In this document: one piece after another, positions 54,112 to 64,000 of the stretch | How the letters are laid out: each line of letters opens with the position of its first letter | Position numbering within the stretch: position 1 is the first letter of the stretch | NCBI GenBank assembly: GCA_964016885.1 | Contig: OZ024745.1 | Coordinates: 45,818,001 to 45,882,000, forward strand | Direction: 5' to 3' | Source: Eledone cirrhosa | Taxonomy: Eukaryota | Length of the DNA: 64,000 nt | Translations under genes and position numbers: made by a program | Notes under the pieces: generated by a model | Told to the model about the DNA's origin: nothing | Database searches by the model: none | The model's input: the letters and a program-made list of their open reading frames with translations, nothing else

Positions 54112-54500
54112 TATTTTCTTTTCTTTCTGTATATCTAGTCTTTTTTCGTTCTTTCTTTCGTTCGTTCGTTTGTTCATTCGTTCTGTCTTTCTTTCTTTCG
54201 GTACATCTACCCTTCTTTTTTTCTTTCTGTATATCTATCATTCTTTCTTTCGTTCGGTCTTTCTGTATATCTATCCTTCTTCACTTCTTTCTTTCTTTCT
54301 TACTTTCTTTCTGTCTTTCTTTCTGTATATCTATCCTTCTTTCTCTCTTTCTTTCGTTCGGTCGTTGTTTCTTCCTGTATATCTATCCTTCTATCTTTCT
54401 TTCTTTCTGTAAATATATCCTTCTTTCTTTCTTTCGTTCTTTTGTTCTTTGTTTCTGTCTTTCTTTCTTTCTTTCTGTATATCCATCCTTCTTTCTTTCT
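54112..54500. repeat. (CTTT)n-rich low-complexity tract with recurring CTGTATATCTATCCTTC
   Basis: Direct reading; explains ORF 53865-54572. Confidence 0.85.
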
Positions 54501-54945
54501 GTGTGTGTGTCTGTCTGTATGTATGTATGTATGTGTTGTGTTGTATGCGTTTGTGATTGTATATGTGCTTGATTGTATGCGTGAATAGATCTAATTATTC
54601 ATATTATTATTATGTACACATATATACAATATACGTTTTACATTATATGGGATGCGTCTATGCCTTTGAGTATGTGTTGGAGTATGATCTTGTATGGCTA
54701 TTGTCGGTCATGATAAAAGAGGTTTCTAGCAAAGTAGCAGAAAGTGAAAGAAATGCGAGGGCGTAGACAACCCAAAGACGATAAGAGCCTCCTAGTGAGG
54801 AGAAGGGAAAAAAGGAAAAATATAATCTTAATGGCTGGAAGTGATTTTTCTTTCATAAAAGATGATGCTGAAGAGATGCTTCTTATAAGTACAGAATAAA
54901 CTAGCCGGGACACAGCTGTTATAGATAGCTTGATATGTAGGTAGA

Positions 54946-54989
<44 letters not shown>

Positions 54990-55004
54990 GTGTTTGTGTA
55001 TGTC

Positions 55005-55067
<63 letters not shown>

Positions 55068-55076
55068 ATGTATGTA

Positions 55077-55211
<135 letters not shown>

Positions 55212-55601
55212 GAATGGTTTTCCAAAGATGAACAGAAGATAACCACATTAATGGAGAACGTACATGTTTATTTAACAAAGAAATGACTTTTAAAAGACTA
55301 GAAATGTTTGAAATCACCATTCCTGAAACGAATGAATCAGCTATTGTCCTGTAGAAATCATATCTTTATGAAATAAATAAATACATACGCGCCTACACAA
55401 ACACACACTTTGTTTATTAATTTATTTTTTATTAGTACAGATTAAAAGTTTAAGCAATGAATTTCTGCTTTCAGCTTAGAAGAAAGCAGAAGTTCATTGG
55501 TTAAACTTGTAATCTATACTAATAATAAATATTTGCTGTACTGGTTGAAATATACTTATATATATATACCGATCCCTCTTTGGATTTTTGGTTTTGTATT
55601 T

Positions 55602-55684
<83 letters not shown>

Positions 55685-55687
<3 letters not shown>

Positions 55688-56111
55688 AGGTGAGTTTTAT
55701 TGTAGTACAATAAAGCAATGGAGATATCGGATAAGAAGCACTCTACAGTTTGTAGGACTGAAGTATACATAATATATAAGATCAAAAGATGGTTAAATGA
55801 GTTCCATGTATTTTATTATGCGCATTTCAAAAACAAATATCATCATGCAATAACATTTGTGTTTTCATCAGATAAAATATGAGGACATGATATGAAGGTT
55901 AAAAAACACTTGTGGATAGTGCAGTTTTAAATCAACATATCATATGTTGATTTAAAACTGCACTATCCACAAGTGTTTTTAACCTTCATATCATGTCCTC
56001 ATATTTTATCTGATGAAAACACAAATGTTATTGCATGATGATATTTGTTTTTGAAATGCGCATAATAAAATACATGGAACTCATTTAACCATGGTTTGAT
56101 CTTATATATTA
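55685..56111. mobile_element. Fold-back copy of the 3' terminus of the Penelope-like family at 4680-5944, with two hammerheads
   Basis: Palindrome about 55768-56111 centred near 55941; hammerheads at 55809-55879 (-) and 56002-56072 (+); (TA)n flanks. Confidence 0.88.
56002..56072 (+). ncRNA. Type I hammerhead ribozyme with long stem II
   Basis: UAUUUUAU-CUGAUGA(56010-16)-AAACACAAAUGUUAUUGCAUGAUGAUAUUUGUUUUU-GAAA(56053-56)-UGCGCA-UA-AUAAAAUA; 8-bp stem I. Confidence 0.88.
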
Positions 56112-56135
56112 TATACATATATATTTTTTTTTTTT

Positions 56136-56275
56136 AGTCCAGAATTAGCCGTCGAAACGGCTTGAGCTCAGCCGTCGGGGTCCTACTCGTTCCTATTACC
56201 CACTCTACTACCCTAAGTATTGAGTACTTTGGTGCGTTATGGTCCACCTGGTTCCTTACCACATTTCCTTCGTTA
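56136..56275 (+). mobile_element. Family A element, copy 6 (no inverted arm)
   Basis: Starts at AGTCCAGAATTAGCCGTCGAAACGGC after a T run. Confidence 0.85.
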
Positions 56276-56388
56276 CAAATTCCTAAATTTATAAATTTAT
56301 TATAATAAATTGAAGTGAAAGCAACTGGTGCGTGTGTTTCTTATTGGCAACATGACCCTCCCAAAGTATAACAATATATATGTATATA

Positions 56389-56629
<241 letters not shown>

Positions 56630-56724
56630 CACTACTCCGGAGTAACCAAACCAACCTGCGCACTTCGTCGAGTGCTCCAGCCTGCATACTGAGGTGTTGG
56701 TATACAACCAACATAAACTCAAAA

Positions 56725-56975
<251 letters not shown>

Positions 56976-57900
56976 CTGATCGCTAGAAATTACGTCACTC
57001 GACGTTAAAACTATCCACAGTACAGAGCACTCACAACCTCTTGCTGGATTACCTTAATCGATACCTTGTTATCCTATATATATAATGAAGTAGACGCCAA
57101 TAGGTTTAAATTAACCTCATTCAATCGTTACACAATAACTGTTATACGTATTTCGATGTTAACTGTTACATAACAGTTACGACCTCACCAGACAGTTATT
57201 ACGTGAAAAGAAAGGAACATGAATAAAAATACGATGACATGAACAAATATATATATATATATATGTGCGTGTGTGTGATTATATATATTTAGATAGGGGT
57301 TTGTGTGTAGTTCGGCTTGTTCTGGCTTTCTGCGCTCTGCGTTCAAATTCCGCCAAATTGAAGTTTCGCTACCACCCGTTTGGAGTCGGTATGTACAGTA
57401 TTTAACAGTCTCGGGCGTCAGACATGATGCTTTGTGGTATCACTTTTAATTATTTACTTTCTGAGTCGGCTTACGACGTCACTGGAACCAATCTGTACAG
57501 GCTCTTTGCCGACATTGCACTTGAACAGCTTCATTCTACTCTCACTCGATGGTCCACCGTCGATTTCGACGATGAATGTTCTAGTTGTTCGATGAACCGA
57601 ACAGGCTATTCATCAAATTAGCAGGAAGTGCAGCGTATTCCATAGATAGGGGTACTCTTAATGTAATTGTCAAAGAAATTCAGTGTGACAGGGTTTGTGA
57701 CGAAGCTGGCTTTTTGAGTTACAGGTACAGTCCATAGGATGGGCTTTCAAACAATTTCAGTCTGCCCAATCTCACTCACAAAGCATGGGTTGGCACGAAG
57801 CTATGGTAAATGACACTTGCCAAGATTGCACGCATATATACATAAATCTGTGTCTGTGTATGTATGTTTGCGTGTATGTGTACAAAGACAAGAAAACTAC

Positions 57901-58020
<120 letters not shown>

Positions 58021-58714
58021 GCTCCTTAATGATGTCATACAAAGCATATACAAGGATACCGAGCCGCACTGTGGCTGCAAGAGAGTAGGTGTAACCTAAA
58101 TCTCCGACAGTGGCACCGAGCACTTATCACAAGAAGCATATCACTTGGTGAAGAGAGCACCGAATTGAGCTTAACATACCTGTTTGCTTCCAATGGAAAG
58201 CAAGCTGGTGTTGGTTGTGGCATTTCAAATCTCTATTATCAAGTCGGAGTAGAGATTACAAGGCAAAAATCAATTAAGCTGCAGTTGTCTTATTCCAGAA
58301 AATTATACGTACAAAACCCCAGACAGTCTTTTATGTATGCTATTATTATTAACTACGAAACTGTTTCTATTGTTCTGATACAATAGAACTTGAAGGTAAT
58401 ATAATCTTGAAAATCCCATCTCTATACATTACAAAACAGAAAAAGTTATTTGATTCAGTCTTAATATATGTGAACAAAAGAATGAAATCCTTGCCTTTAA
58501 ATCTCTTGTTACGTCCAATTAAATCTTGTGTCAAGATTAATTCCAACTTCCAACAGAAATATTTGTTGTTAATTTATTTTGTTTCATTTTTTGCCTGCGA
58601 AATGTTTTCAATAATATTTACTATTAAAACATAATAATATTTAAATGAAATATAAAGCAAGAAGGGGAAAGAAAAAGTAGAATTAATTAACGAAGGAAAG
58701 GGACAAAGTCTACA

Positions 58715-58828
58715 TCCCCTCGAAAGGATGAAAGGGAAAGTTGACCTCGGCGGGATTTGAACTTAGAGAGCAAAGAGCTAAAACAAATATCGCAAAGCGT
58801 TCTAACGTCTCTGCCAATTCTCCGCCTA
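58715..58828 (-). mobile_element. Partial Meta-like SINE
   Basis: GAAAGGATGAAAGGGAAAGTTGACCTCGGCGGGATTTGAAC..CTGCCAATTCTCCGCC. Confidence 0.75.
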
Positions 58829-59868
58829 CTGATCTAATGTTAGTAACTTCTTAATAAAGATACCAATGGTTATTGGACGCTATATTGTAAGGAACGTGCT
58901 CCAGTTGATCTTGTAGATTTCACGGTCAGAGCTTTTTCACTTTCATTTACACCACTAGTTGGACTTACAAAAAGTATTATCGTCTTATTGTCGCATTTTT
59001 TTTTTCTTTCTTTCCAAATCTGAGGCTTTGCTGTAAAGTGAGAAATCAATAGACAGACTGAGAAGAAGAAGGACATTGATAAATCTAGAGAAGTTCAGAA
59101 GATTAATGTAGACGTTTTGGCGATTACTGATAACATTGTGGTGTTGATGCTACTAAGGGCAATGCATTACAATCAAACGCGATTGGCTATATTTGAAGAC
59201 GGAACTAGCCCAACATATCAAAAATATCTCATACTATAGTAAAAATATTTGGATGACTGACTTGTATAGAAATCGTTTATAAAAACATAAATAAAAAAAA
59301 CTCTGAAAGACTAAAATAATGCACCTATCAAAATCTACATTAAAAAAACTATATATATATTGTTTTCCAGACTACTGATAATAAATCTAATATAATTCTA
59401 TCTAATTTGTTTCTTATATCAGAGCTATGAAAAGTTTTGCTGGATGTGCAAGCTTATTAATTTAATTTTGCAGATCAATCCACTGCCTACTCTTTATTGA
59501 ATTCCAATCCACCTCAACTTTCATTGGTTGCTTCAAACCGGAACTGGCGAGATGGTACCCAGCCAATGGTTTGTCCTGACTCACAATACTAAATGGGTAA
59601 AATGCAAAAAAGAATTCACTTTTGCGTAGTCATACAAGAGGTCATAATGTCAAAAATTAAGCAATTTTTCAACACCAACTCTAAAAGTCATCGCGTACAT
59701 ATATACAGCAATCAACATCCACAACATCAACAAATAGATACACTGGTGCAGTCAGACACTAATATAAAGATACGTACTCACACACACACGCACAAACAGA
59801 CACTCATAATTAAAAACACGCACAACGATATATGTATATTCACATACGTGCGCACGCACACACACACA

Positions 59869-59953
<85 letters not shown>

Positions 59954-61372
59954 ACACGTACTTAAAAGACATATCTATAAGGATATACATTAATTTTCAC
60001 TGTACGTAAACATTAGTACAGAAATAGTCATCGTTACTAGCATAAAGAAAGATTTTATCTTATTTTTATACGTATTCACAGATTTATCACCATGTGTAGG
60101 ACATTCGTCGGTTGTTACGAAGAGCACTCCAATTGTTTGATCAACGGAACTGCTGCTCACGACATTAACGTGCAAGTGTCTGAGCACTACACAGACAGTG
60201 TGTCATTAAGGTAGCTCTCGGGGAGCTTCAGCATGGCACAGTGTATGACAAAGAGGCCCCTGGGAATCAGAGGTACGTGTCATTCTTCTATCTGAGTGAA
60301 CTGGAGTAACATGAAATAAAGCATGGAGCTCAGAGAGATACCACGTCTTCTGGTCAGTAAATTGAATTCACGACATTATGGCTGTGAGCTGAACACTATA
60401 ATGATGAAGGTATTTAATCAACGACCACATTCCTTTTCACACAAAGTTAGCCGAATACACGCATTAGAAAACAAAACTCGTCTTTAGACATATGTTTCTA
60501 TATATAATCCTATATACCCAGATACTATACCATTCGTATGATATTGTTGATGTTGGACACCTGTTGTTTCCGACAACACGTGCTCTAGCTGATTCAATCA
60601 ACAGAACTACCTGGTCATGAAACCAGCGTGCAATTGACCGAGCATTCCACAGACATGTGCACCAATAATAGTCAGAACTGTAGTGTAGTGATTAGTACTA
60701 CAAAGGGTGGTAAGGCTGGGCACCTTTACTGATACAACTCATTTTTGTCTGCTGGGTGGACTGGAGCAAAGTAAAATAAAGCTACTTGCTGAAGTAGTTA
60801 AGGTACGCATGGAAAAGGAATTGAAGTACTACCTCATAATCGTGAGCGGAACATTCTAACCACTGAGCTACGCGCTTAGTCATATATACCCAGATAATAA
60901 ACCATTCTTATAGATAAACACGAGACATCTAAATTCTATCTCTCGCTCTAAACACTCTGCCAATTTTCCGCCATATAGGTCGGTAATTTACAATAGCTGC
61001 TAGTATTGTACAATGGTTATCAATAGTGAACAGTACTCAATGTTGTTATCTAGTGGTCACTACTGTTAAGTTGTAGCTAATGCTGTGATTTTATATAGTA
61101 ACTAGTATTGCGATCTATTAGTTAAAAGAATATCATTATACATAACTAAACCCCAAGGTAGAAGAATGAAGACCACGACACATGAATGGACACTAAATTA
61201 TTCAAGCCTGCTCCATCTTATACGCCATTTAGCTGTGGGTTCTGCATGACTAGATTTTAAAGTTTCCGCACTGTTTCAACTCTGCGACAAAATTTAGGAC
61301 ACCGTTGGAGACTTATCAGAACTGTCTTTTGTATTGGAATTGTGAGTGCCCGTAAAGGACAGTTGAGGCCCG

Positions 61373-61441
<69 letters not shown>

Positions 61442-62978
61442 ATAACAGCTCAATGAAATTAGGTGTGAAAAAGTCATTAATCAGAGCAAGCCCTAAACGA
61501 TATTGTTATAGAAACAAGAATATTTAATATCTTGTGGCATATTACATGGAGGTAGGAATGAATAATAGAGAGATAGTAAGCAATTAATCATTTAATAGAT
61601 GAACATAATATTACTCATATTACAATTAGAAAATATCCCATTAACTATGTCTGTACCACGCAGTTCCAAGTCAAGAAATGCCTTACCAATTACCATAAAT
61701 ATAAATTGATAATTAAGAAAGTTAGGTCGATGGCTATCTTCAGTAAGCCATCCTAATATTGAAACAATATAGTGTCTATCCACATAGAATTCAAAATGAA
61801 AAGTGAACTCCATGTGCGTAGTGAAGATGGTTGCATAATTATAGCAGTAAGTAGATAGCAAACAGGTTAAGCAGAAAAGCTAAACATACACACATAGATA
61901 ATTGATAGATTGAGAGGTAGTTGCGAAGCGAAATACAACACTATTTGACACGTATTATGGTGGTTTTATATATGCATTAAGAGATTGTCTCGGAAATTTT
62001 AATAAGTCATATCTGAATACTTACATACAAATATGAATATGTGTATAAACGTCGAAATCCAAACACATAATTGCTACAATTATATTAGCGGGAGAAAATC
62101 GGGTAAAATACACTGAGGGACAGAAAAAAATCAGCCAGCAGACACTACAGAGTATTGAACATTGTATCTCTTGAATTTTCGACAAGCACGTTAACCACTA
62201 CACCAAATTGCAGCAAACACATATTTTCTTTAAATAGCGGAAATATTGTCAGACAGCTTCATCAAACACAAAAGCCAAAGTTAGTCGCATCAATACTCGC
62301 GACCAGAAATAAAGGATCATGGTGGCCACCACTGATACCCTCGCAAATGACATATCAGCGGCCACTACTGACACCTGAAATGGCACACCAGTGCTACTAC
62401 TAAATGTCAGAGGCTTCGTAAAGCGGGTTGGATTCTCAGGACAGTCAGGACAAGAGATCTGGAAACCTTATTATTTAGTCCTCTACAGCAACAGATACGG
62501 TGTTTCTCTTGTTTAACGTGATGCGCCGCGATGTTTATATAAATGTATACCCCAAAGAATGTTTTCTTGGATTGAAAAGTTCCCTGAGGTGCTGTGAACT
62601 CTCACCATGAAGGATATCTTAAATTGTTAGAATATCCAATGCTGTTATAACACGGTGAAACTGCAGTCGGGACATCGAACTAAATTGGGAAACTTTTATT
62701 TTATCGTCTTTACTTGTCCCACATATAATTATATATGTATGCGTGTGAGTGTGGGGGTATATTTGTGTGTGTGCGTGCGTGTGTGTGTGTCGATGTATGT
62801 ATATATACATTTATATATATATGTGCGGGTGGGGGGCAACTAAACTCAACTATACCTATCATATCTCAATAGCCAATAAAACAAGTATCAGTAATAATAA
62901 TAAGTAGTATTATAATAATATGGTTTGATTTTTATATCCTTCTATCTATAAAATGTTGACTTCTGCCCTTGCCGAAAA

Positions 62979-63077
<99 letters not shown>

Positions 63078-64000
63078 ACTGCAATGTTGTTGGTGTTGTG
63101 TAACGGCATTGCTCTAATAGGCCTACCTGTGATGAAACGCCCCCCCCCAATCGACACATAATTTCAGTACACCAAATATTATAACCTTTCCATGCAGCTA
63201 AATATGATAGTGTACCAGTATTAAAATGTATTACATCCAACCCCATTTCCTCTGGCCAGTTACATTTATAATTAGTGTGGTGATGGGGATTGCAGACTCT
63301 ATCACATTCATTGAAAGATATGATAGTTAGTGCGAAACACATCGCAGTGTTTGACTTTAGAGGCGTTGTGGAATATTCCTGTTTATATTTATTTTATATT
63401 GATTCTGAGGTGCAGAGAAATGTAACAACATCGTTATTTAAATATAGTTATTGTGGAGAGAATATGATTGTAGCTCACTGTTAACGTTCATGAAGGGAGT
63501 GTTACATAGTGTACACTATGTGGATTGTATGGTTGTGTGTAAGTATGTGCTTGTAGGTTAGTGTGTATAAGTGTGTAGTTCTATGGATTAGATACCTTCA
63601 CACTTGTCCAGAGAATGACTAATGAAGGATGGATCAAATGAGTCACACCATTTCTGGTTAGAAATTCTTATGGTCGAAATAAAATTTTAAATACATTTAT
63701 ATTACTAAAATTCTCACCGATATGACGCCATATTGAACTCTAAACGAAATGAAGAAAAGAAACCATGAAAATAAAAATCTTATGAAGAAAAAAAGCAGAA
63801 AGAAAGTAAGGTTGAGAGTAAGAGTGGGAAGTAAAGAAATGTGGAAAAGAAAAACTTAATAAAAACAGACAATGATAGGGGAAAATGACGAAACAGACAA
63901 TTTTAAGACAAAAACGAGAAAGAGGAAGAAATTGAGAAAATGCAAATATACATATTTACATATTCATACCAACATATATAAATATATATATATGCATAAA

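Noticed and set aside
59474-59596. Exon-like segment after TTTTGCAG
   Set aside because: Stops in all three frames before the nearest plausible donor, and the donor is weak

Overview
AT-rich, microsatellite-saturated animal genomic DNA with no confidently identifiable host gene. The tRNA-derived SINE families and repeat landscape resemble those of Octopus, which is an inference from recalled repeat families, not a database result. Nearly all long ORFs in the track are microsatellite or minisatellite artefacts. Recognisable content: many SINEs, decayed non-LTR retrotransposon fragments (two CRE-like, one Tx1/L1-like, one RTE-like, one R4/Dong-like), two mariner-derived elements with three TIRs each, a 42-bp minisatellite and LTR-like fragments. 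The standout signal is a dense set of short elements, most beside or inside (TA)n tracts and often fold-back palindromes or partial tandems. At least seven unrelated sequence families carry type I hammerhead ribozyme motifs (CUGANGA-stem II-GAAA-self-complementary stem III-NUH). One family is physically linked to the C-terminus of a Penelope-like (GIY-YIG) ORF. Another is a 469-bp non-coding tandem unit resembling a retrozyme. A further six-copy family carries only the 3' half of a hammerhead. All folds were assigned by eye and none has been tested.
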